From an uncultured Bacteroidia bacterium (GTDB taxonomy: Bacteria; Bacteroidota; Bacteroidia; Bacteroidales; CAJPTX01), in NCBI GenBank assembly GCA_963540065.1, contig CAUTNK010000012.1:15660-79659 (forward strand): a stretch of DNA of 64,000 nucleotides, read 5' to 3'. A model generated the notes under the pieces. The model saw nothing but the letters and a program-made list of their open reading frames with translations, ran no database searches and was not told the origin of the DNA. Positions 55,605 to 64,000 of the stretch are shown here, one piece after another. A program made the translations under genes and the position numbers. Position 1 is the stretch's first letter, and the number at the start of each line of letters is the position of its first letter.

Positions 55605-55740
55605 CCGTGCCAATCTTTTGGCGTTCAAGGTACAAAGTTGCGACTTTCGTACGGGAATGCTCTAATTGTTTTAATAAGGAATATTCCGATTGTTCGTCAC
55701 TAGTCGCTCCCTACTCAATCACATTCTAATCGCTTTTTTG

Positions 55741-55748
55741 TAAATTTG
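55741..55748 (+). promoter_or_regulatory. Bacteroidota-type -7 promoter box (TAnnTTTG)
   Basis: TAAATTTG lies 21 nt upstream of the ATG at 55769. Confidence 0.45.
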
Positions 55749-55768
55749 CGTAAGAAAGGCTACCTGAT

Positions 55769-56416
55769 ATGAAAAAAATAGCTATCATCCTAGCAGGTGC
55801 TGGGAAATTGGACGGAAACGACCTCCACGAAGCAGTGCTCCTACTTGCCGAAATTGCTAAACAAGGTGCTACGTATCAGTGTTTTGCACCAAATATGCTC
55901 CAGCACGAAGTTCGGAACCACCTCACCGGCGATCCACAGCACGAGCAGCGAAACGTACTCTACGAAGCAGCGAGGATTGCACGTGGCGAGATTCAACCTT
56001 TGGAAGAGCTTAATCCTTCCAACTTCGACGCTCTCGCCTTTCCGGGGGGATACGGGGTTGCTAAAAATTTGTGCACATTTGCTTTTGCAGGGGCTGGGTA
56101 TACCGTTTTACCGGTTGTGGAATCGGCAATACAAGCCTTTCACAACGCGAAAAAGCCAATAGCTGCTCTATGCATTGCGCCGATACTTCTTGCCAAGGTC
56201 CTTAAAGGCGTAGAGTTGACCCTTGGAGGCGCCTGTGAAGCGGGGGATGTTGCGGCACAGCTGGGAGCGAAAGTCCAGCTTACAACGGAAGGACAAGTAT
56301 GCCACGATAAGGAGAATCGTATCTTTTCTACTCCTTGCTACATGCTCGATTCGGATATTGCAGGCGTTGCAAAAGGCATCGAAGCTCTAGTAAAAGAACT
56401 GCTAGTAACCCTCTAG
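55769..56416 (+). CDS. elbB: Isoprenoid biosynthesis glyoxalase ElbB (DJ-1/PfpI superfamily)
   Basis: Colinear with E. coli ElbB as I remember it: MKKIAIILAGAGKLDGNDLHEAVLLL, CFAPN, NHLTG, FPGGYGVAKNL, LCIAP. Confidence 0.85.
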   Translation: MKKIAIILAGAGKLDGNDLHEAVLLLAEIAKQGATYQCFAPNMLQHEVRNHLTGDPQHEQRNVLYEAARIARGEIQPLEELNPSNFDALAFPGGYGVAKNLCTFAFAGAGYTVLPVVESAIQAFHNAKKPIAALCIAPILLAKVLKGVELTLGGACEAGDVAAQLGAKVQLTTEGQVCHDKENRIFSTPCYMLDSDIAGVAKGIEALVKELLVTL

Positions 56417-56473
56417 ACGGCATTAGAGAGAAGAGGGGGCTACTTCTGGGTCGGACGTCAGCGGGTGAGGACT

Positions 56474-57217
56474 ATGCATACGTTTCTGAAAATCCTCGCG
56501 AATATATATTTCTGGGGGTATACCCTTTTGTTTTTTATTGTCTGGTTTACCCTGAGTTTCTGTGTTTGGTTGCTGGCATTGCCATTTGATCCGAAACGTC
56601 GCGCTTTTCGTTGCGTGCTTCACCTCTGGTGTTGGCTTTACTTGCTCCTGTGTCCGTTTTGGAAATTTCGCATAGAGAATCCTGAGCTTTTACCGCGCGA
56701 GTCTGCCGTGTTTGTCGCGAACCATCAGAGTTTGATGGATATTGTTGTTTTACTAGGCTTAAATCGTCATTTTAAGTGGGTGGCTAAAAAAGAGCTTTTT
56801 ACCCGTCCGTTTGTAGGTTGGCTATTGTATTTTGGGCGCGATATTAGCCTTGACCGAGCTCGTTTACGCGATGCTCCTCGGATGCTTGCTGCTTGCCATG
56901 CTTGGTTAACGCGTGGTATTAGTGTGTTGATTTTTCCGGAGGGGCATAGACAGAAGACAGTTGGTCGTTTTAAGTTAGGTGCTTTTCAGGTCGCTAAAGC
57001 AGCTTCGGTTCCGTTGGTACCGCTTGTTGTATCGGGGTCTGCGCAGACTATTCGCGGTTATTTCATCGAGCCACGGCGTATCCCTATCCGCATACAAGTA
57101 TTGCCATCTGTTGCTCCTCAAGAGCTTCTACAAGAACCCTTGGAGACGATTGCGGCAGATGTGGAAGAACGTATTCGTGCGCAGCATCGAGCCAACCTCC
57201 CGGAACTCTATGCATGA
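56474..57217 (+). CDS. plsC: 1-acyl-sn-glycerol-3-phosphate acyltransferase family protein
   Basis: HX4D motif NHQSLMDI and FPEGHR. N-terminal TM helices. The ATG is at 56474; the track start is GTG at 56465. Confidence 0.8.
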   Translation: MHTFLKILANIYFWGYTLLFFIVWFTLSFCVWLLALPFDPKRRAFRCVLHLWCWLYLLLCPFWKFRIENPELLPRESAVFVANHQSLMDIVVLLGLNRHFKWVAKKELFTRPFVGWLLYFGRDISLDRARLRDAPRMLAACHAWLTRGISVLIFPEGHRQKTVGRFKLGAFQVAKAASVPLVPLVVSGSAQTIRGYFIEPRRIPIRIQVLPSVAPQELLQEPLETIAADVEERIRAQHRANLPELYA

Positions 57218-57286
57218 GAGAGTATGTACGTTAACTTGTTGGCATTCATGAGTATAGGATAACCTGTTGCGTATTAACGAAGCACG

Positions 57287-58231
57287 ATGATTTCGATTTG
57301 TATTCCTATTCATAATGTGAATGTTCTGCCGCTGGTAGAAACTCTATTAAAGCAGGCAGAGGAGGGGCGTATCGATGTAGAGGTTATTCTATTTGACGAT
57401 AGATCGATAGACAGTGTACGCTCCGAAAACGAAAAACTCCGCGACCTAAAAAAAGTAATCTATTTGCCACTGATCGAGAATATTGGACGGAGTCGGATCC
57501 GGAATCGTATGGCAGATATGGCAATAGGCGAGTGGTTACTCTTTCTCGATTGCGATATGTACGTTATGAACGACGATTTCCTTGCAACCTATGCGCAATA
57601 CACCAATAGGAGCGATGATGTGGTGTGTGGCGGAATCTTTTATGGTGCTCGTCCGAACGATAAGGATGTCCTGCTGCAATGGCGTACCGAACAGCAACAA
57701 ATGCGCCACAGGATGCGCATCAGCAAAAGAGGGCTTTATGAGTACGTCTCGACCGGTAATTTTATGATCCGGCGGGCTGTTTTCGATACCGTGCGCTTTG
57801 ACGAAAAAATAACCTCCTACGGTCAGGAGGATCAGGTCTTTTCGCTAGAGTTGGATCAGAAGAAGATTAAAATCCTACGGATACAGAATCCGACTTTGCA
57901 TACGGGGCACGAAAGCAACGAACCCTTTTTGCAGAAAATAGAGAACTCTCTTTTCAACCTCGTTCAGATCTGGAATGCCGATCCCCACTTTCACGACAAG
58001 CTCTACAAAGCAAGTAAACGCCTACAAACAGCAATTCTTTGCCAACGTTTTCGTATAGCACCTTTTTTGCGTCTGCTTTTCCGGATCTTCGGAAAACGAC
58101 AGCGGAAAGCTTGCGTCGGGGGCGAGGTTGCTTCGTGGCGCTTTGCTGCCTACCAACTAGGGTTCCTCCTTGCCGTCTTCCATATCCCTAATTTAGCCTC
58201 CTCACGCAATACCTTCTCGCCTAAAAAATAA
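57287..58231 (+). CDS. GT2-family glycosyltransferase
   Basis: ISICIPIHN..., ILFDDRS and LFLDCDM (DxD). Confidence 0.7.
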   Translation: MISICIPIHNVNVLPLVETLLKQAEEGRIDVEVILFDDRSIDSVRSENEKLRDLKKVIYLPLIENIGRSRIRNRMADMAIGEWLLFLDCDMYVMNDDFLATYAQYTNRSDDVVCGGIFYGARPNDKDVLLQWRTEQQQMRHRMRISKRGLYEYVSTGNFMIRRAVFDTVRFDEKITSYGQEDQVFSLELDQKKIKILRIQNPTLHTGHESNEPFLQKIENSLFNLVQIWNADPHFHDKLYKASKRLQTAILCQRFRIAPFLRLLFRIFGKRQRKACVGGEVASWRFAAYQLGFLLAVFHIPNLASSRNTFSPKK

Positions 58232-58358
58232 AATACTAACCACGGCGCTGAATTTGGGTATATAAATGGGTCAGAAATTCGCGTTTCTATAGCGTCGCGC
58301 GATGTGATATGTTGAGATTTTCGAAATACTAACCTTTCGATTTGAGGATTGTAGAGTA

Positions 58359-59297
58359 ATGAAGAAGATAACCGTCATCGGAGCAGGTAATGTAGGAGCT
58401 ACACTCGTTTACGAGCTTGTACGCCGCTCGCTGGCACAGGAAGTGCTCATTGTCGATATTAACGAACCCGCCACACACGGGAAAGCCTTGGATATGTGGC
58501 AAACAGCCCCTTTGCACAATTTTGCGACAAAAGTGAGAGGGCTCGGGAACGATTATACGGGGACAGCAAACTCCGATATTGTGGTTATGACGGCCGGAAT
58601 GGCACGAAAACCAGGTATGAGTCGCGACGACCTCACCGCGATTAACGCTAAAATTATGCGCGACGTAGCACTAAACGTCAAAAAATATTCGCCCAATGCG
58701 ATTCTCCTAGTGGTAACGAACCCACTGGATGTGATGACCTATGCCGCTTTCCTTGGTACGGGTTTTCCGCGCGTACGTGTCTTTGGAATGGCGGGAGTAC
58801 TCGATACGGCTCGTTATCGTGCTTTTATTGCTGAGGCACTGAATATAGCACCCCAAGACATACAAGCTATGCTTATGGGTGGGCACGGCGATTCTATGGT
58901 ACCTCTCCCGCGTTATACTACGATTGCGGGGGTGCCGGTAACGGAGTTCTTGCCAAAAGATAAGTTGGACGCAATTGTAGAGCGTACCAAGCAAGGCGGC
59001 AAAGAACTGGTCGACCTTTTGGGTATTTCGGCATGGTATGCGCCCGGAGCCTCGGCTGCAGAAATGGTGGAAGCTATTGTTAGGAATCAGCATCGTGTTA
59101 TGCCGGTTTGTGCAGGGCTGAAAGGCGAATACGGGCTTACCGATTTGCATCTCGGAGTGCCGGTTGTACTCGGCGAGAAGGGGGTAGAACGCGTTATAGA
59201 ACTTAAGCTAGATGATGCAGAAATGGCACTTGTACACAAATCTGCCGAGGCGGTTCGCAACGTCATGAAGCAATTAGATGAGCTGAAAATCTTTTAA
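58359..59297 (+). CDS. mdh: Malate dehydrogenase (LDH-like type)
   Basis: MKKITVIGAGNVGAT, TAGMARKPGMSRDDL, VTNPLDVM, GGHGDSMVP. Confidence 0.93.
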   Translation: MKKITVIGAGNVGATLVYELVRRSLAQEVLIVDINEPATHGKALDMWQTAPLHNFATKVRGLGNDYTGTANSDIVVMTAGMARKPGMSRDDLTAINAKIMRDVALNVKKYSPNAILLVVTNPLDVMTYAAFLGTGFPRVRVFGMAGVLDTARYRAFIAEALNIAPQDIQAMLMGGHGDSMVPLPRYTTIAGVPVTEFLPKDKLDAIVERTKQGGKELVDLLGISAWYAPGASAAEMVEAIVRNQHRVMPVCAGLKGEYGLTDLHLGVPVVLGEKGVERVIELKLDDAEMALVHKSAEAVRNVMKQLDELKIF

Positions 59298-59332
59298 CCC
59301 ATTTCTCGAAAATCATTTGCTATAATACAAAA

Positions 59333-59424
59333 GGTAACCTCTACAAAATTAGTTCGTACCTATAGTTGAGTAAGTACTTGCTATGGTTGCAGTTCGTTTG
59401 TAGAGGTTGCCCCAATTTTTTTTT
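59333..59424 (+). terminator. Long stem-loop + T9 run between mdh and the TonB-dependent receptor gene (terminator or attenuator)
   Basis: 15-bp stem ggtaacctctacaaa (59333-59347) / tttgtagaggttgcc (59397-59411), with one G-U pair and a 49-nt loop. A T9 run at 59416-59424 ends 15 nt before the ATG at 59439. Confidence 0.5.
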
Positions 59425-59438
59425 AGGGATTCTGTTTT

Positions 59439-61457
59439 ATGAGACTAACTCGAGTTCTACTCCCCCTCCTACTTCTTTTTATAGGTCTGCTCACTGTGCA
59501 GTTGACGCAGGCACAGGGGATTGTTACGATCGGTGCGCGTCGCTACATTAAGGTGATACAACCCATGGAGCTCACGGGGAAAGACCTTAATATCAGTCGG
59601 ATGTTTTCCATGGCAGACGCTGTGCGCTACTATTCGGGAGTACAACTTAAAGATTACGGCGGGCTTGGAGGCTTTAAGACGATAAACGTTCGAAGTCTAG
59701 GTTCGGAACGGATGCGAGTCTTTTACAATGGTATAGAGATTGCTAACGCGCTCAATGCACAGGTAGACTTATCTCGGTTTTCGATGGACAATGTCGAGAG
59801 TCTTGCGCTTTATAGCGGTCAAAAGGGAGATATCTTTCAGTCGGCCTCCGATGTGGCAAGTTCGGGTAGCCTTTATATAACAACGCGACGTCCGCGCTTT
59901 ACCGATTCCACACGTACGAATTTTCGGACAGTACTTCGTGGTGGCGCCTTTTACCAGTTTAGCCCGAGTGTCCTTTACGAACATGATCTCGGAAACTATA
60001 TGACAACATCCCTAACCCTCGCCTTGGATCGCAATTCGGGGAATTATGGCTTTAGATACCAACGTAAGAACTCTAGTGGCGATATTGTTTATGATTCGGT
60101 TGCAGAACGTAATAACAACCGTATAAATGCTGCAAGGGTGGAAGGCGCTCTTAATGGGATTCTGGAAAATGGCTTGTGGAGTGTTTATCTGTATCACTAT
60201 ACTTCCGATAGAGGGATTCCGGGTCCGATTGTAAACAATATTTGGTACAGGGGCGAAGAACTAACCGAACGCAATAGCTTTGTCCAGGGCAATATGAAGC
60301 TAGATATTTCGGAAAAATACCGTACGCAGCTGAACTTTAAGTTCGGGTACGACTACCTGCATTATCGTAATACCGACGAGCATATATCGCCTATTAACGA
60401 ATCTTTTCGCCAGTACGAAGCCTATCTATCGAGTTCGCACTTGTACAAGATTTATGAGGATTGGACTGCCTCGGGTGCCTACGATATCTATTTCAACAAC
60501 ATCCTCGTGAGGAACGAGCAAACCTTCAAGGAGCCACTGAATTTTACCAAACCGTGGCGATTGAAACATTTAGCCTCCTTGGCTACACAGGGGGCGTATT
60601 ATCATATCCAAGGTCAGGCGAGTGTGCTGGGAACCTATGTCTCGAATTTCGAAGCGAAAAGCAGCGCACGACAATACGACGACGAGTGGGCAATAACTCC
60701 TACAGTCCTCCTCGCTTACCGTCCGTTCCGACAAATAGATTTCTCGATTCAGGCGTATGTAAAGCAATCGTTTCGCGTACCCTCTTACAGCGATCGCTAC
60801 ATATCGGGAAATGAAGATGCCCGTTTGCAACCAGAAAAGATGTTGCAGTATAGTGTCGGTTTGAATTTTTCGCGGAAAAGCGATTCTAAAATAAGGAGTT
60901 ACGGAGCTACCATCGAAGTGTATTACCACGATGTGAAGAATAAGATTATCGCCTATCCGAACGGATCGCTCTATCGGTGGTCGATGTCGAATCTGGGGCG
61001 AGCGCAAATTATAGGGGGCGATGCCAATCTGTTTGCAACAATGCGTCTTATGGAGTTTTACGACAACCCATTGGACATTTCCGGAAAGTTGCAATATACC
61101 TATCAAAACGCTCGCGATGTAACCAACAAGTACGATACCTACTACAATCATCAGATCCCCAATACGCCTTGGCATAGTGGTTCGGCAATTCTAAATCTGA
61201 CTTGGAACGGTTGGGCGCTTAATTACAGTTTTCTCTACATCGGCGATCGCTATAGTCGGCAAGAAAATATAGCTTATTACAAGATGCAACCCTGGTATAC
61301 GCAAGATATATCGCTTATGAAACAGTTTGCTGTGGCTAATTGGAATCTCCGCGCTATGCTGGAATTGGATAACGTACTGGGGCAAGATTACGAAATTGTT
61401 ACGAACTACCCGATGCCGGGGCGTATTGTTCGTGTAACGTTAGCGGCTGAGTTGTAA
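59439..61457 (+). CDS. TonB-dependent outer-membrane receptor (small, BtuB/CirA-sized, no SusD partner)
   Basis: Signal peptide, plug-domain motifs (VRYYSGVQLKDYGGLGGFKTINVRSLGSERMRVFYNGIEI, ESLALYSGQ), and a beta-barrel-like remainder. Confidence 0.85.
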   Translation: MRLTRVLLPLLLLFIGLLTVQLTQAQGIVTIGARRYIKVIQPMELTGKDLNISRMFSMADAVRYYSGVQLKDYGGLGGFKTINVRSLGSERMRVFYNGIEIANALNAQVDLSRFSMDNVESLALYSGQKGDIFQSASDVASSGSLYITTRRPRFTDSTRTNFRTVLRGGAFYQFSPSVLYEHDLGNYMTTSLTLALDRNSGNYGFRYQRKNSSGDIVYDSVAERNNNRINAARVEGALNGILENGLWSVYLYHYTSDRGIPGPIVNNIWYRGEELTERNSFVQGNMKLDISEKYRTQLNFKFGYDYLHYRNTDEHISPINESFRQYEAYLSSSHLYKIYEDWTASGAYDIYFNNILVRNEQTFKEPLNFTKPWRLKHLASLATQGAYYHIQGQASVLGTYVSNFEAKSSARQYDDEWAITPTVLLAYRPFRQIDFSIQAYVKQSFRVPSYSDRYISGNEDARLQPEKMLQYSVGLNFSRKSDSKIRSYGATIEVYYHDVKNKIIAYPNGSLYRWSMSNLGRAQIIGGDANLFATMRLMEFYDNPLDISGKLQYTYQNARDVTNKYDTYYNHQIPNTPWHSGSAILNLTWNGWALNYSFLYIGDRYSRQENIAYYKMQPWYTQDISLMKQFAVANWNLRAMLELDNVLGQDYEIVTNYPMPGRIVRVTLAAEL

Positions 61458-61459
61458 TT

Positions 61460-62647
61460 ATGCGTAATTTGGTAATTATCTGTAGTTTATTGCTCGTAGT
61501 GTCGCTTTTTGCTTCCTGCCGAAACGAGGAGAAAATCGTCTACTCCGAGCAAGAACAGGTCTATATGCCCCAAGAGGCAGATCCGGCAGATAACGTTGTC
61601 GGGCTTTACCTGCTTAACAGTGGTGTAAAGGGAAATAACGAGGCGACGCTAGACTACTTCGACTATGCGACCGGAATCTACCACCGGAATATTTATGCAG
61701 AACGTAATCCGAAGGGAATACCCAACTTGGGCGATAATGGTGTGGATATCCTTGTAGGTGGTGAGCGTCTGTATGTTACGTTGAACGGATCGCATCGCTT
61801 GGAGATATTTAATGTGCGAACGACACAAAAAGTCGGTTCGGTAGCTGTTAATGCGCCACGACGCTTGTTATTTCATGATAAGTACATCTACGTAACTTCC
61901 TATCTGAAACAGAAGACCCTGCAATACGGTCAGTTGCCCCTCGGGGAGTTGGTGCGTGTGAATGTCGACGACTATTCCGACGTGCAACATATAACCCTAG
62001 GTTGTCAGCCTGATCAGATGACAGTGGTAAAGACGAAGAAAAATTCGGGCGATGTCGAAACCTTATTGCTAGTTTCGAATACAGGCGAGTTTCATTCTCC
62101 CGCTTTTGATAACAGGATTTCTGTTGTAGCGTTAGAGAATTTTGTTCAGACGGCTTTCATACAAACGGCAACAGCACCTAACGATATTGCTATGAATTCG
62201 TTCGACTATCTCTATGTTGCCACCCGTGGTAATCAGCGCGACGAGGCGCCTAAGTTGTGTATACTAAAGGACAAGAATAGTTTGAATTCCTTCGCAACAG
62301 ATGCTACGCGCGAGATTCCGATACTAGCCTTTGTACAACTCGACGATACCCTGTTTATGCTACAAGGGCGGAAGAATCAGTTTGGTGAAATTTTGGAACG
62401 CGATTTTGTGAAATACAGCACAAAGTCTAACGAGATAGTACAACGTTTCGTTACGGACGGATCGGAAGATCAAATCGAGAACCCGACAAGTATTGCAGTA
62501 CACCCGAAGACGCACGATATCTATGTTACGGATGCTAGGCGTGGCACCTCCAGCGGTATGCTCTACTGTTATGCGCCAGATGGGCGGCAAAAGTGGAAAG
62601 TAAAGACGGGTATAAAACCCTGTAAAGTGGCTTTCGTTTATAAATAG
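61460..62647 (+). CDS. Surface lipoprotein with YVTN/YncE-like beta-propeller repeats
   Basis: Lipobox LFASC. Recurrent blade motifs LYVTLNGS, IYVTSYL, LYVATRGN and IYVTDAR. The start lies 3 nt after the receptor stop. Confidence 0.65.
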   Translation: MRNLVIICSLLLVVSLFASCRNEEKIVYSEQEQVYMPQEADPADNVVGLYLLNSGVKGNNEATLDYFDYATGIYHRNIYAERNPKGIPNLGDNGVDILVGGERLYVTLNGSHRLEIFNVRTTQKVGSVAVNAPRRLLFHDKYIYVTSYLKQKTLQYGQLPLGELVRVNVDDYSDVQHITLGCQPDQMTVVKTKKNSGDVETLLLVSNTGEFHSPAFDNRISVVALENFVQTAFIQTATAPNDIAMNSFDYLYVATRGNQRDEAPKLCILKDKNSLNSFATDATREIPILAFVQLDDTLFMLQGRKNQFGEILERDFVKYSTKSNEIVQRFVTDGSEDQIENPTSIAVHPKTHDIYVTDARRGTSSGMLYCYAPDGRQKWKVKTGIKPCKVAFVYK

Positions 62648-62704
62648 CCACAAGCTGAGCAAAAAAACACACGATATAATCGTAGGGTAAACAACCAAGA
62701 CGTT

Positions 62705-64000
62705 ATGAACCTAAGATATTCTCCTATAGTGCTTTCTCTCCTCACCCTTCTCCTTTTCGTATCCTGTCGGGAGGAGTCGATTCCGACGCTAAGTTTAGGC
62801 ATTCGCGATGTGTATTACGGGACGCGCCTACAGCCCGTTTCCGTAACCTGTGGCTTGGATGACGGTACCTATTCTTGGCTTTTTTTAGGCTATGAGCATG
62901 ATGGCGAGAAGCTTAGCTATAACGAACCGAGGGCGTCGTCACAGAATTTAGTAGAGGTACTGAATAAGGTCGGAACCTACCGTTATCGCTTTGTTTATCA
63001 GAAGAATGGCGAGAGTATTCAGAAGGATTTCCGAATTGTAATTGCCGAGGAGATCATTAATTACAGTTCGTATATCGCCGATGTGCTTGAGTACCAACCA
63101 GCGCCAGGGCGTAATGTAAACTATAGTCTGGGCTATACCAACCACGCTCCCAGCTCTTACCAAGATCTTCTGGCGAGTTGCAAGAGTATTATTTGTGGCC
63201 CGAAGATTAATAAATCCATTTCTTTGGGGGGGTTTGGCGGGTATGTAGTCTTTTCTTTCGACCATACAATTATTAACGTTCCGAATGTTCCGGATTTTGA
63301 GATCTTTAGCAACATAGTGTTGACTGGAGATCCGGCGGCAGATCCGTCCAAGGAGAAGATTCTGTCCAATAGTTGCCCTGGGGTTGTTTGGGTAGCTTTT
63401 GATGCCAATAATAACGGAAAACCGGATGAGGAGGAGTGGTACGAACTCTTCTATCCGGTCGAGCCGAGTACTCCCAATCCGTTGCATCTTTTGCGAAATG
63501 TTTCGATTACCTATACGAAAAATACGCCTTCGAATCTAACAGGGGCAGCGCTAGATTCGGCAGCGGCACGCGAGTATAAATTCGTAGACCCGATTCGTTG
63601 GCAATTAACCTATCCTACGCAACAATTGGAGGCATACGTACCAACAACTCTGCCTAAAATGGAAGGTTTTATTCCGAAATTGATTACGGATGTAGATAAT
63701 ACAACAGCAAAGAGTCGGGAATATTGGCCCCTGTGGCGCGAGAATGATAAAGAAATCACTCTAAAAGGCACTTTACTTGCCCCAAATGGCGTCGAAAAAT
63801 GGAATAGGGTAACTACAGCCACGGGGGAGCATTTGCAAGTTATATCGAGTTTGTGGGTGCTTCCGGGTACCTATGCGCATAATATACCTGCAACCGCTTT
63901 TGATATTAGTCATGCTATAGATAAAGATGGTAATCCGGTCAATTTGCCGGGAGTGCAGTTTGTAAAAGTTCAGACGGGAGTAAATCTGCAATTGGGGCAC
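62705..64000 (+). CDS. Lipoprotein of unknown function; 432 codons present, 3' end runs off the window
   Basis: Absent from the ORF track because there is no stop in the window. Read by hand: MNLRYSPIVLSLLTLLLFVSCREES..., open through 64000. Contains an N-terminal Ig/PKD-like stretch (GTYRYRFVYQKNGESIQKDFRIVI) and EYQPAPGRNVNY...SLGGFGGYVVFSFDH. Confidence 0.65.
   Translation, partial: MNLRYSPIVLSLLTLLLFVSCREESIPTLSLGIRDVYYGTRLQPVSVTCGLDDGTYSWLFLGYEHDGEKLSYNEPRASSQNLVEVLNKVGTYRYRFVYQKNGESIQKDFRIVIAEEIINYSSYIADVLEYQPAPGRNVNYSLGYTNHAPSSYQDLLASCKSIICGPKINKSISLGGFGGYVVFSFDHTIINVPNVPDFEIFSNIVLTGDPAADPSKEKILSNSCPGVVWVAFDANNNGKPDEEEWYELFYPVEPSTPNPLHLLRNVSITYTKNTPSNLTGAALDSAAAREYKFVDPIRWQLTYPTQQLEAYVPTTLPKMEGFIPKLITDVDNTTAKSREYWPLWRENDKEITLKGTLLAPNGVEKWNRVTTATGEHLQVISSLWVLPGTYAHNIPATAFDISHAIDKDGNPVNLPGVQFVKVQTGVNLQLGH

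Noticed and set aside
1-55628. The two ~1.3-kb direct repeats as ends of a 54-kb mobile element or composite transposon
   Set aside because: The repeats are the 5' halves of paralogous protein-coding genes. The interval is full of essential housekeeping genes (guaA, serS, ruvC, panB, pyrC). There is no transposase, integrase or conjugation gene.
59298-59438. Cobalamin riboswitch upstream of the TonB-dependent receptor
   Set aside because: The region is only 140 nt, and I could not find the conserved B12-box or GCCACTG-type core. I keep it only as an unclassified attenuator-like hairpin.

Overview
This 64-kb chromosomal window appears to come from a Bacteroidota genome. The lineage is inferred from TAnnTTTG -7 boxes upstream of many start codons, a GldH lipoprotein gene, two proteins with T9SS C-terminal sorting domains, and a BACON/LRR surface protein. 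It holds about 45 tightly packed CDS and two tandem tRNA-Leu genes, and every gene from 13.3 to 52.7 kb is on the + strand. Most genes are housekeeping: guaA, serS, ruvC, queD, panB, mdh, pyrC, trmB, slyD, tcdA, a DEAD-box helicase, an S41 protease, an LptD-like protein and an amidase. I saw no rRNA, CRISPR array, transposase, integrase or prophage genes.

The non-housekeeping content is as follows.
1. Three NPPY-type DNA methyltransferase-like genes. Two are paralogous single-chain nuclease-methyltransferase genes with a Type IIG/MmeI-like layout, in direct orientation 54 kb apart (1..1437, partial, and 53136..55604). Their identity is mosaic and collapses right after the NPPY motif. The third is a Type ISP-like methyltransferase-specificity protein that lacks nuclease and helicase modules (38449..41112).
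2. A small decayed accessory islet (7.2-9.9 kb). It contains an AAA-ATPase/PD-(D/E)XK gene, a remnant of a second copy, an internally deleted Fic gene, and an array of five 42-bp-periodic palindromic repeats.
3. A 2940-aa modular T9SS cargo protein and a 794-aa LRR/BACON T9SS cargo protein.
4. An orphan methyl-accepting chemotaxis protein.
5. An overlapping (13 bp), possibly translationally coupled hemerythrin-like / pseudo-receiver LuxR gene pair.
6. A cluster of a TonB-dependent receptor, a YVTN beta-propeller lipoprotein and a further lipoprotein, preceded by an attenuator-like leader.

All calls rest on motif reading by eye; no database searches were run.
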